Shown here piece after piece: positions 50,487 through 58,522 of a stretch of DNA of 64,000 bases; position 1 is the first letter of the stretch; each line of letters starts with the position of its first letter. The notes beneath the pieces are model-generated. The model had not been told where the DNA came from, did not search any database, and was given only the letters and a program-made list of their open reading frames with translations. Origin of the DNA: a virus (lineage: Duplodnaviria; Caudoviricetes); the IMG/VR virus record IMGVR_UViG_2974513946_000001, positions 3,499 through 67,498 of that record; one strand, given 5' to 3'. The position numbers and the translations under genes are program-made.

Positions 50487-50816
50487 TTATTGCTCCGTTT
50501 TCATAATGAGTTTGACAAGGGTTTGCATGTTGTTTTCTTCGCCATCGCCGCGAATGTTGGCGATTTGGCTTTCCAGTTCAGACAGGTCAATCGGATGGGA
50601 ACGACGAATTACGACGAACTCTTTCGTGATTGCGCGAACCAAAGCCAACAGGTCATCGACGTTACGAAAGTGCATGATGTTCGCGCAGTCCATGACAATA
50701 AAGTCGGAAAGCTTGGAATCTGCGACGATGGTTTGTTGATGTAGCTGCGCGTCGTTAAGGTCGTCAAAAACCTTGCCGTCATCGCAGCGATACATAGGAA
50801 CCTTTACGATTGCCAT
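50487..50816 (-). CDS. Hypothetical protein
   Basis: 109 aa; Y.CDDGKVF motif; GAGG RBS. Confidence 0.7.
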   Translation of the reverse strand: MAIVKVPMYRCDDGKVFDDLNDAQLHQQTIVADSKLSDFIVMDCANIMHFRNVDDLLALVRAITKEFVVIRRSHPIDLSELESQIANIRGDGEENNMQTLVKLIMKTEQ

Positions 50817-50825
50817 TTTGAACCC

Positions 50826-51152
50826 TCAAAGTTCGTAAGCGTAGACCCAACCGGGGAAGCCTTCGTTTCGACTCCCTTCCGGCAGGCTGATAAGTTTGCG
50901 CGAAAGTTCGCCGGTTTGCCACATTTCAGTAAGGTCGCGGCTTAACTGTTTGCACTTGAAAGCCCCGTACTTTACAGGCTCAAAACGAGCGCCGGAAAAG
51001 TCGATATACGCGTTAACAAAATCAGAATCGAGAATGTCAACGGTTGCGCGACCGACCCTTTGCGGGTACAGGGTGCGATTTTGTTCGCGCAGGTAATGAA
51101 GAATGAATTCGCGCCTTTCCGCTGGTTTCTTTCTTGCTGGCGCGGCTGTCAT
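50826..51152 (-). CDS. Hypothetical protein, possible winged helix
   Basis: 108 aa basic protein; ATGA overlap with the upstream gene. Confidence 0.7.
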   Translation of the reverse strand: MTAAPARKKPAERREFILHYLREQNRTLYPQRVGRATVDILDSDFVNAYIDFSGARFEPVKYGAFKCKQLSRDLTEMWQTGELSRKLISLPEGSRNEGFPGWVYAYEL

Positions 51153-51613
51153 TGCGTGTAATCCCCGGCTTCTTTGCCTTCTTGCTTAGCGCGAAAGCAG
51201 GCGTTCACCATTCCGCGAAATTCTTCGTCGCTGAACGAAATCGGGTAGCGGTCGCGGAATGCTTGCGGGTCTTTACAGAAAGGTTGCATAACGCCACGCG
51301 GAATAGTGAAGTGTGCGTTTTGTGGGACGTAGACGGGCGTAACCTTTGGCGGGTACTTCGCCGGGTCTGCGCGCTCAACCAGAACCGGGCGGGATGGTGG
51401 CCGGGGCGCTACTGGCGCGACAGGTTCGTGAATGATGACCGGATGGGACACAACCGGTTCGCTGATATGGACAGTCGGAACGCTGACGTGTGGCGTCGTG
51501 AAGTGCGAAACCGTAGCGACGTGGGCCACTGACGTGACAGACATAGCGTGCGCCAGAGAAGCGGCAGACAGGGTGCCAAGAAGTACAGACAGAAACATGC
51601 GATGCTTTTTCAC
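51149..51613 (-). CDS. Exported Pro/His/Val-rich protein
   Basis: Signal peptide (AHA), Pro/Val/His-rich linker, C-terminal two-Cys domain. Confidence 0.75.
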   Translation of the reverse strand: MKKHRMFLSVLLGTLSAASLAHAMSVTSVAHVATVSHFTTPHVSVPTVHISEPVVSHPVIIHEPVAPVAPRPPSRPVLVERADPAKYPPKVTPVYVPQNAHFTIPRGVMQPFCKDPQAFRDRYPISFSDEEFRGMVNACFRAKQEGKEAGDYTQ

Positions 51614-51641
51614 TGGTTTATCCCTTTATTCCGTGTTTGGT

Positions 51642-52070
51642 TTATTTGGTTCGAAGTTCACGAACAGAAATCGCGAAGTGTGCTTCGCAAAGGTCTTCGA
51701 CCGCCACTAGGTCACTTTCCCCGAAGTCTTTTAGGGTAGTGTCTGCGTAGTCGTTCAGGTGGCCGCAAAAGTAGTCGGCTCCGGGTTTGCTGGTGTCTTC
51801 GTCAAACTTGGCGCATGTCACACCAGCAACCATTTTCCCACAAAGTGCGCGAAATCGGAACCAGCCAGCTTTTGCCGAACTGTGCATGTGCATGTAACGA
51901 ATCGCGGCGTTGTACTCTTCCGCGCCGTGGCCTTCGTCGTAAACCAAACCCGAAGTTTCGTAATAATAGATACGGAATTCCGACTTGTCCGACTGTTGGT
52001 CAGCTTGGCAGGCGGTCGCCGCGAACATCACGGACAGAGCCAAGGCCAGCTTTTTGGCGGTCATTTGCAC
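51642..52070 (-). CDS. Putative lipoprotein
   Basis: KKLALALSVMFAATA-C lipobox-like signal; four further Cys. Confidence 0.7.
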   Translation of the reverse strand: MQMTAKKLALALSVMFAATACQADQQSDKSEFRIYYYETSGLVYDEGHGAEEYNAAIRYMHMHSSAKAGWFRFRALCGKMVAGVTCAKFDEDTSKPGADYFCGHLNDYADTTLKDFGESDLVAVEDLCEAHFAISVRELRTK

Positions 52071-52255
52071 CGTGGATCACCACCGAAAACGGAGCAATAA
52101 GAAGCGCGGATTTCGTGCTTTGCGTATTCGCGGCCAGCGATGAAAGAAACGCAAGATACAATAATGAGGCCGGTCACAAAGAGGGAAACGATTGAGTTTT
52201 TGCGCTCTTTGTAAAGCTCTTTCATCTTCTTGCTTTGTTCGGTTTTGATTTCCAT
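52061..52255 (-). CDS. 64-aa single-pass membrane protein
   Basis: Start refined to MEIKTEQ; one TM helix. Confidence 0.7.
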   Translation of the reverse strand: MEIKTEQSKKMKELYKERKNSIVSLFVTGLIIVSCVSFIAGREYAKHEIRASYCSVFGGDPRCK

Positions 52256-52257
52256 GA

Positions 52258-52347
52258 TCAGATGACCCCATAAAGAAGCAAAAGGATTGCCATAGAAGCG
52301 GCAGCGGCGACAGGTGCAGCGATGTAATCGACCCAAGTAGTTTTCAT
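52258..52347 (-). CDS. 29-aa hydrophobic peptide (not in ORF track)
   Basis: MKTTWVDYIAAPVAAAASMAILLLLYGVI; exactly fills the gap between two genes. Confidence 0.65.
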   Translation of the reverse strand: MKTTWVDYIAAPVAAAASMAILLLLYGVI

Positions 52348-52349
52348 GG

Positions 52350-52598
52350 TTACAGGCGTTCCGCAGTAAGTGCGCAGGAAATAGGCTCGTAAACTTCGAT
52401 GAACAAAGCTTTCGGGTGTTTTGCCTTGACCGTATCGAAGGCCAATTGAAGCGAAGTTTCGGCGCTGAAACGGTAGACTTTGGTTTCGTCTTGGACTTCT
52501 GTTTGACCTTCGGCGTTAACAACTAGTTCCCGCTTGGTTACAACTTGCAGGCAGATAACGCGAATAACCGGGTTGCGTTTGATCGTTTGTTGGGACAT
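52350..52598 (-). CDS. Small hypothetical protein
   Basis: 82 aa with its own promoter; GGAAG RBS. Confidence 0.75.
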   Translation of the reverse strand: MSQQTIKRNPVIRVICLQVVTKRELVVNAEGQTEVQDETKVYRFSAETSLQLAFDTVKAKHPKALFIEVYEPISCALTAERL

Positions 52599-52630
52599 GA
52601 CAGGCTTCCGTCTTGGTTGGGAGTACGCGA

Positions 52631-52659
52631 ATTTTATATATCATCGTCGGAACGGTCAA
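52631..52659 (-). promoter_or_regulatory. sigma70-like promoter
   Basis: TTGACC-17bp-TAAAAT; AGTGAAATA at 52686-52694. Confidence 0.8.
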
Positions 52660-52708
52660 GCTTTTGTTTGCTTGAAAGGCGTAAATATTTCACTGCAAGA
52701 ATGCAGGC

Positions 52709-52746
52709 AAAAGAAAACCCGCCAGCGGTGTTAACCGGGCGGGTTT
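52709..52746 (-). terminator. Intrinsic terminator of the putative ncRNA
   Basis: AAACCCGCC/GGCGGGTTT stem followed by TCTTTT. Confidence 0.85.
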
Positions 52747-52935
52747 GGGTGTGTCTTCTGTACCAGAGCTATAAGGCACCAATGAGGCTAATCAACCGGC
52801 GTTCCCTCCTTACGCCCTACAATGGCGGCTATCGCCCCCGCGATGCTCCCGGAATGGCTGTTTTATGCCTTCCTGCCCTGACAAGTGGACGGCTAGCCGG
52901 TTCCGGGTGCCAACCAGTGCAACAGTAGGACACCC
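52747..52935 (-). ncRNA. Putative structured non-coding RNA (~189 nt, 6S-like rod)
   Basis: Lies between its own promoter and terminator; no AUG; 5' and 3' halves pair (GGGUGU/ACACCC, CUGU/ACAG, GGCACC/GGUGCC, AACCGGC/GCCGGUU). Confidence 0.75.
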
Positions 52936-52939
52936 GCGC

Positions 52940-52968
52940 ATTATATGGACGGCGCACCATAATGGCAA
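52940..52968 (-). promoter_or_regulatory. Near-consensus sigma70 promoter of the putative ncRNA
   Basis: TTGCCA-17bp-TATAAT; GGG at +5 to +7 after the -10. Confidence 0.9.
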
Positions 52969-52980
52969 CAAATTTTAGGC

Positions 52981-53008
52981 AAAAAGAAAGGCCACCGAAG
53001 TGACCTTT
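52981..53008 (-). terminator. UUCG-tetraloop intrinsic terminator
   Basis: AAAGGTCAC-TTCG-GTGGCCTTT-CTTTTT. Confidence 0.9.
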
Positions 53009-53095
53009 AGTCTTGCGCCTTCCCAACCAAAGGAAGGTGTACGGGCCGAATTCGATTGCGGGCGGGCTAGCGCATTCGGCCTTGAAGCGGTGATA

Positions 53096-54238
53096 TTACT
53101 GCGCGGCGGCGTCGGTGTCAACGTCTTGCGCTTCGGTTTCTGGGTCTTTCTTGTCTTCGTCGGAAGGTGCATCACCTTCGGCCTTGACGTGAACCAGATC
53201 AACCCATGCCATCAGTTCCAGCTTCGACAGGAAAGAACGGATTGGCGAGCCGTACAGCATCGGCTTGACCACGGCTTCAAGTTCGTCGATGGACACTTGT
53301 TCGCCGACCGCGAAGTTTTCGCGAATGTGGGCGTGAAGCTTGCCGCGAATCGAAATGCTTTGTGGCTTGCCCAGACCTTCGGCCAGAACAACGAAGTGGG
53401 TAGCACGCGGGCGGCGGGTGCCTTCGGCGCTGCGCAGGTACTCTTCGCGTTCTTTCAGGCCATTGCGCTTGGCTTCGGCGTCTTTTTCGCGCTGAACCTT
53501 GGCTTCACCTTGCAGAACTTTTTCGGCCGCTTTGGCGTCTTCGCGGGCTTGTTTGCGCGCTTCGGATTCCTTGGCCTTTTCGGCTTTCTGTTCTTCTTTG
53601 CGCGCCAGTTTGTCGGCTTCGCGGGCTTCTTTTTCGGCTTCTTTGGCCTTGGCCTTTTCGGCTTTCTTTTCTTCGCGCTTGGCTTCGGCTACCTTGGCGC
53701 GTTCGGCCTTCTTGGCTTCGTTTTCAAGCGCCTTTTCGGCCTTCTTGGCTTCGGCCTTTTTGGCGCGTTCGGCTTCGACTTCGCCGCGATTGGCTTCTTT
53801 TTCGGCTTCTTTCAGCGCCAGTTCTTCGGCGCGTTTGGCGGCGCGTTCTTCGTTCTTTTTGGTGCGTTCGGCTTCTTTCTTCTCGAAATCTTCCTTACGC
53901 TTGAGCGCGGCGGCGGCGTCTTTTTCACGCTGTTTCAGTTCGCGGGCTTCGCGCTTCTGATCAGCAGTCAGCTTGACCGGCGCGGATGCAGCGGCTTCGG
54001 TGGTGGCTGGTGCAGCGTCGGTGCCGGTGGTCGGTGCGACATTGCCGGTTTCCAGACCAGCGAGCGGCAGCGCTTCGGTAGGGGCTTTGGCTTCGTGGTT
54101 GTGCTGGTGGTTGTGCTGGTGGTCGTGGTTGCTCATTTTGCGGCCCTCCTTTGGGCTGGTCTGGGATTTTGCTTTAGTCGAAGGTTTAGCGGCGCCAGTC
54201 TTGGCGGTGCTTTTTACTGAATCGGATTTCTTAGCCAT
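53096..54238 (-). CDS. Lys/Glu/Ala-rich coiled-coil protein with a putative C-terminal DNA-binding domain
   Basis: About 180 aa of KAE/REA repeats (histone-H1/TolA-like composition) followed by a compact ~90-aa globular domain; starts at 54238 and 54136 each have an RBS. Confidence 0.85.
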   Translation of the reverse strand: MAKKSDSVKSTAKTGAAKPSTKAKSQTSPKEGRKMSNHDHQHNHQHNHEAKAPTEALPLAGLETGNVAPTTGTDAAPATTEAAASAPVKLTADQKREARELKQREKDAAAALKRKEDFEKKEAERTKKNEERAAKRAEELALKEAEKEANRGEVEAERAKKAEAKKAEKALENEAKKAERAKVAEAKREEKKAEKAKAKEAEKEAREADKLARKEEQKAEKAKESEARKQAREDAKAAEKVLQGEAKVQREKDAEAKRNGLKEREEYLRSAEGTRRPRATHFVVLAEGLGKPQSISIRGKLHAHIRENFAVGEQVSIDELEAVVKPMLYGSPIRSFLSKLELMAWVDLVHVKAEGDAPSDEDKKDPETEAQDVDTDAAAQ

Positions 54239-54284
54239 GGGATGTACTCCGGGGGAAGTTGGGTTGTGTTTCGGAATGAGCGCC

Positions 54285-54321
54285 ACTATACAAACGAAAA
54301 AGGAGGCTTGCAAGCCCCCTT
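54285..54321 (-). promoter_or_regulatory. Terminator hairpin containing the next promoter
   Basis: AGGGGGCT-TGCA-AGCCTCCT-TTTT terminator; its centre is the -35 of TTGCAA-17bp-TATAGT. Confidence 0.7.
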
Positions 54322-54347
54322 CATAAATATTTCGTCGAAAGTTTTGG

Positions 54348-55607
54348 TTAAGCGCGCAACAACATCATGAATCGAATTGCGCGGGTAATCGCCGTGTACA
54401 TCAGTTGGGCATATGGAACGCCCGGAATCGACTCTTCATAGACTAAAACTTCTTCCCATTCGGAACCTTGCGACTTATGTACTGTCAGCGCGTACCCGAA
54501 GTCGAAACCGCCCGCACACTTCTGCGCGGCTTTCATGCGTTCGAAGTCACTGTCGAAAGACACCGGGTTAAACAGAACCCAGCGTTCGAAGCCGGTGGAC
54601 AACATGCGGATGTTCACCATTTTCATGTCCGGCCAATCGTCGTCTTCCATCCCTTCCGGCAGGTCTTTATAGTCCAGAACGATGGCCTGTTCGCCGTTCA
54701 TTACGCCATGCGAATGTTGGTTCGCGGTCGCGACGACCTTTTCGCCGACTTCCGGCAATACGTCTTTGTAACCCAGCAGGCGACGGGCGCGGCGGTTGGC
54801 CTTCTGGCGTGTGGCGTTTCGTGCGCAGATAACGACATTCGTTTCTGGCAAGAAGCGCTTAAAGATTTCGTCGTCGATGGTCTGGGAGTTCTTAACCGAA
54901 ACGTCGTCGTATTCACGCGGCGGAAGGCGTTTCCCTTGACGCACAAACATGGACGCTTTCACGATGTTACCGGCGTTCCGTTCGATTTCCGTCAGGCAGA
55001 TATCGGCGCGTTCGATGGTGAACACTTGTTTATCTTTAACCGGTGGAACCTGACCCGGATCATACAGAGCGATGATAGGCAGGCGGCGGGCGCACAAGTC
55101 AGCTTCGACATAGCCGCCGACCATCGAACTTTCGTCCATTACGACAAGATGCGGGGTTTCGTCCAACACGCCTTTATCGACAAAGATAGGGTCGCCGTCG
55201 TCGTTCTCGCCAGCCGGGCGGTAAATGAACTGGTGAATGGTACAGGCGCCCGTGCATCCCTTCTGACGGAGACGGCTTGCGGCTTTGCCTGTTGGTGCAA
55301 CGTAACGCACCGAACCGGCGTTAGAAGCGCCCAAGCAAAGTTGCGCGATAGCCATAGCAATGGTGGTTTTACCGCAACCAGCGAAACCAGCAAGGCAGAA
55401 CACTTGCTGACGGTGGACTTTGTGTTGCCAGCCGCGATACCAGTTCACGGCCAGATTGACGGCGTAGACCTGCTGTACGTTCGGTGGGAAGCCGATGATT
55501 TCGGCGATTTGTTCAGCCGTCACGACGTAAGGTTCGCCCCGGACATACTTCGACGGGCTAAAGCGATCATACGGCGGAGGGTTGTTCAGGTCATACAGTG
55601 CGGACAT
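54348..55607 (-). CDS. RecD/Dda-like SF1B helicase
   Basis: GFAGCGKT, APTGKAA, DESSM, DPGQVPPV, YALTVHKSQGSEW, YTAITRA; start refined to the TAATG overlap. Confidence 0.92.
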   Translation of the reverse strand: MSALYDLNNPPPYDRFSPSKYVRGEPYVVTAEQIAEIIGFPPNVQQVYAVNLAVNWYRGWQHKVHRQQVFCLAGFAGCGKTTIAMAIAQLCLGASNAGSVRYVAPTGKAASRLRQKGCTGACTIHQFIYRPAGENDDGDPIFVDKGVLDETPHLVVMDESSMVGGYVEADLCARRLPIIALYDPGQVPPVKDKQVFTIERADICLTEIERNAGNIVKASMFVRQGKRLPPREYDDVSVKNSQTIDDEIFKRFLPETNVVICARNATRQKANRRARRLLGYKDVLPEVGEKVVATANQHSHGVMNGEQAIVLDYKDLPEGMEDDDWPDMKMVNIRMLSTGFERWVLFNPVSFDSDFERMKAAQKCAGGFDFGYALTVHKSQGSEWEEVLVYEESIPGVPYAQLMYTAITRAIRFMMLLRA

Positions 55608-55990
55608 TACAAGTCTTCCTTTGTCAGTTTTGGAATGATTCCGATAGGCGACCAAGCGTAGGGAATTGCGCGGTCATTACCGCTTACCCATGCTACGCTT
55701 TTGAATACGTCTTCGCCTACCACGATGATTTTACCGTTTTCATCCAAATAAGCGAGCGCTTTCCGCTTTGCGTTTTTGGTGGTGGCGATGTGGTTTCGTT
55801 TCAGGTTCAGGACTTGGCCGTTAAGCCGGATGACTTCCCGTTCCAGATTTTCCACGACTTTGTTTTCTTCCGCTGCAACGCGGTTCGCTTCTTTAAGGCC
55901 GACCAGTTCTGTCGCTTGCGCGGCGATGACCAACGCAGAATTGATAAGCGCTTTCTTTAACTCTTCGACCGTCAGGTTATCTAAGTCCAT
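55607..55990 (-). CDS. Coiled-coil hypothetical protein
   Basis: 127 aa with heptad pattern; coupled to its neighbours. Confidence 0.75.
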   Translation of the reverse strand: MDLDNLTVEELKKALINSALVIAAQATELVGLKEANRVAAEENKVVENLEREVIRLNGQVLNLKRNHIATTKNAKRKALAYLDENGKIIVVGEDVFKSVAWVSGNDRAIPYAWSPIGIIPKLTKEDL

Positions 55991-55991
55991 G

Positions 55992-56651
55992 TCACTGGCT
56001 CCAGTTGTCGCGGTCGCTACGGCCTACGCCCATAACGCCATGATTGAATGCTTTGTCGGAAGCGCGCTTGTTGCGGGTTGCCTTACGTCGTTCGGCTTTA
56101 CCTTTGCGTGCGTTGCGCGATTCTTGCAACTGGTTCTCTAAAGATTCGATTGTCTTCTGTTGCCCTTTGACTTTCGACTTCAAATGACCGACTTCGCAAT
56201 AAGCGTCCCGAAGCTTCTGCAACAACTCTTCGACGCGTTCCGATTCGATGATGCCCGAAATCAGGTCGGGGAGTTTCGACGGTTCGTCGTGTGGGATAAC
56301 GTCGGGTTGAATCACCTTTAGGGCGGGCATTTCCCCATGGAAGACGTAAGCCGAAATCGCGGCCTGTTCGCGCCCTTCACCTTTCAACAGTTCTTTCTTG
56401 TCGATGAACGCTAGAACGTCTTCGTGTACCGGGCAATCGCAATGATGTGGGTGAAACTTTGGGTTCGAACAAACCGGCTTCCGTGCGTTCACCGAAACCA
56501 AAGGCTTTTGGATTTGCACCGCGCCTAGTTCGCGGCGTTCTCGGTTCTTGCGGCGTTGTTCTTTGCCGGGGTTCTTGTTTTTCTTGGGCGCTTGGGCTGG
56601 CTTGGCTGCGTTCTGGGAAGGCGCGGCGGGTTTGCGTGCTGGTGTCTTCAT
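55992..56651 (-). CDS. Basic hypothetical protein
   Basis: Lys/Arg-rich termini, HPHHCDC motif, C-terminal coiled coil. Confidence 0.75.
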   Translation of the reverse strand: MKTPARKPAAPSQNAAKPAQAPKKNKNPGKEQRRKNRERRELGAVQIQKPLVSVNARKPVCSNPKFHPHHCDCPVHEDVLAFIDKKELLKGEGREQAAISAYVFHGEMPALKVIQPDVIPHDEPSKLPDLISGIIESERVEELLQKLRDAYCEVGHLKSKVKGQQKTIESLENQLQESRNARKGKAERRKATRNKRASDKAFNHGVMGVGRSDRDNWSQ

Positions 56652-56756
56652 CTATATAGCTCGTTGTCAGGTTGGCTGTCTGGGGCTGCGACAGGTGCCG
56701 GGAGTGGGTCGCCGCAGCCCGGCTATTAGACGCTAACCAGATTTCAAAAACAAGGC

Positions 56757-56785
56757 TTTACAAGTGAAATACTTTTCGCCACAAT
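56757..56785 (+). promoter_or_regulatory. sigma70-like promoter with AGTGAAATA
   Basis: TTTACA-17bp-CACAAT followed by the CTACCCAAAACGGAG leader. Confidence 0.7.
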
Positions 56786-56822
56786 TCGCCCTGTTCCTAC
56801 TACCCAAAACGGAGAAACAAAA

Positions 56823-57698
56823 GTGACCAACCAAATCGAACGCCCGCAAGCCGAAGACCAACCCCACGCAATCGCCGACATTTTCGGTCGCTTGCAAAAG
56901 CATCTGAAACACGGCGAACGCTTGCAGTTCATGACCAACGAAGAATTGAAGTTTCTTAACAAGAACTTCGCGCATAACCCTTTCGGCATCCAGTACGCAA
57001 AGCACACCGATTGGCCCGCAGGCTTCAAACATCTGCACGTTTATTCGGTGTGGGTCGGCAACGCTGAAGGTGGTAAGCATGTTCCGGGCGTCCTGCAAAC
57101 CTTCGGCCAGTACCATGTCAGCGGCCCGCTGTTCGCTGTCGTCGATTGTGGCGAACACGGCGTCGTTCATCGCTCGCCACACGCGTTAACCCAACTGACC
57201 CGCGAAGCTTCCGACAAGTTCGCCGAACTCTGGCAGCGCCGCCAAGGTCGCCGCGTTGTCCGGGCGATGCGTGATATCGGCTCCGTTCCCGGCCAAGAAG
57301 ACATTTTGCTTTTGAACATCATTCAAGGGATGAACCTGTACCGTCGTTTCATGGATCATATAGAAGCGCGTTTCGGGGTGATGGGGAGTCGCGCTATTTT
57401 CGACGGCCTGCGTTATACGCAAGCGAACAGCGAACTTAATGTGTCGTCCTCTTTCGCTGTATCAACCACGCGTGAAGTGGTGATGCCCAACCGTCATTTG
57501 ATTGGTGAACGCTGCGTACACTTGTTGATGGACGCGGGTATCCCACCCGGTAATCTGTACCACGGAATGCATGAAATGTTGCGTGAAGTAATCAGCCGTC
57601 GTAAAACCGTGAACCTTCTTGACCCGCATATGGTGACGCGCCATTCTGCTATCATGGAAGCTTACCGTTTGGAACAATCGAAGAAGGTGGAAGAATGA
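56823..57698 (+). CDS. Hypothetical protein
   Basis: 291 aa, GTG start with GGAG RBS, phage-like codon usage. Confidence 0.8.
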   Translation: MTNQIERPQAEDQPHAIADIFGRLQKHLKHGERLQFMTNEELKFLNKNFAHNPFGIQYAKHTDWPAGFKHLHVYSVWVGNAEGGKHVPGVLQTFGQYHVSGPLFAVVDCGEHGVVHRSPHALTQLTREASDKFAELWQRRQGRRVVRAMRDIGSVPGQEDILLLNIIQGMNLYRRFMDHIEARFGVMGSRAIFDGLRYTQANSELNVSSSFAVSTTREVVMPNRHLIGERCVHLLMDAGIPPGNLYHGMHEMLREVISRRKTVNLLDPHMVTRHSAIMEAYRLEQSKKVEE

Positions 57699-58138
57699 GC
57701 AACGCATATAACGCAGATGGTCGCGAACCGTCAGAAGACTACATCAAAGCGATGATGTATGTTATCGAGGAACACACGACCGATTTGTCTGGTCAGGAAA
57801 TTTACGACATTACGCATACGCTGATAATGTCCGGCTTCTATACCGGGATTGAACGTCATCAGCTTGAAGGCCATCTAGTGCCCGAAGGTTCTGTCGAAAA
57901 ACTGCGCGGCACCGTCAACAGTTACCCGCCGCGTGAACCGGTGTTGAAGACCGAAAACCAATATGAATTGGAACTGACCAAGGAACTTGGCGGCGCGATT
58001 GATGGCCCGTTCTCCGAAGCTTTGGAGAATGCCAAAAAGGAAGCGTCGGAAGTTGAACCGGACTTGGCAGCGGGCCGGGCGTCTTACGGCACCAGCGAAT
58101 GCACTTGCGATCAATGCACGCCGTACAATTGGGATTAA
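57695..58138 (+). CDS. Acidic hypothetical protein with C-terminal CxCxxC
   Basis: ATGA overlap with the upstream gene. Confidence 0.75.
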   Translation: MSNAYNADGREPSEDYIKAMMYVIEEHTTDLSGQEIYDITHTLIMSGFYTGIERHQLEGHLVPEGSVEKLRGTVNSYPPREPVLKTENQYELELTKELGGAIDGPFSEALENAKKEASEVEPDLAAGRASYGTSECTCDQCTPYNWD

Positions 58139-58142
58139 TCCG

Positions 58143-58388
58143 ATGACCTATAAAATTATCCTGATTCTGTCTTTTCTGGCGATGGCGAAGGTTTGCAGCT
58201 ACGCCGAAAACTACGCGCTGTCGTGTCTGGCTGGTTCTGCAAAGCGCATCCGGTGGATTGATCGCGGCGCACGTCTTGCGTTCCTTTTGAGCGACCTTTG
58301 TGTCGTGGCCTTCGCGCTTATTTCACTGCACGCGATTGCAGGTCTTTCGGGCTATGAATTCGTGCTGTCGTTGGTTCCCGCCAACTGA
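58143..58388 (+). CDS. 81-aa membrane protein
   Basis: Start refined to MTYKIILILSFLAMAK; two hydrophobic segments; followed by a GGCTAGCC/GGCTGGCC-TTTT terminator. Confidence 0.7.
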   Translation: MTYKIILILSFLAMAKVCSYAENYALSCLAGSAKRIRWIDRGARLAFLLSDLCVVAFALISLHAIAGLSGYEFVLSLVPAN

Positions 58389-58522
58389 TCGTCGTAACAC
58401 CCTTTAGATAGACAACTGGCTAGCCTGTAATGGGCTGGCCTTTTCACGTTCTCCCGGTTGCGTTCTCCGTTTGAAAGGCGCAGAATACGGGACTGATATT
58501 TCATTGGCTCAAGGCGGGCAAT

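Noticed and set aside
49407-50744. 445-aa plus-strand ORF, and the similar 54468..55661 and 35995..37074
   Set aside because: Antisense to well-supported genes and crossing their boundaries or terminators.
52747-52935. tRNA, tmRNA, RsmY/Z or self-cleaving ribozyme identity for the ncRNA
   Set aside because: No T-loop or CCA end, GGA count near chance and not consistently in loops, no hammerhead or other catalytic core recognised.
53000-54220. 406-aa Phe/Gly/Leu-rich plus-strand ORF that looks like a membrane protein
   Set aside because: Reverse complement of the KAE repeats; no promoter or RBS.
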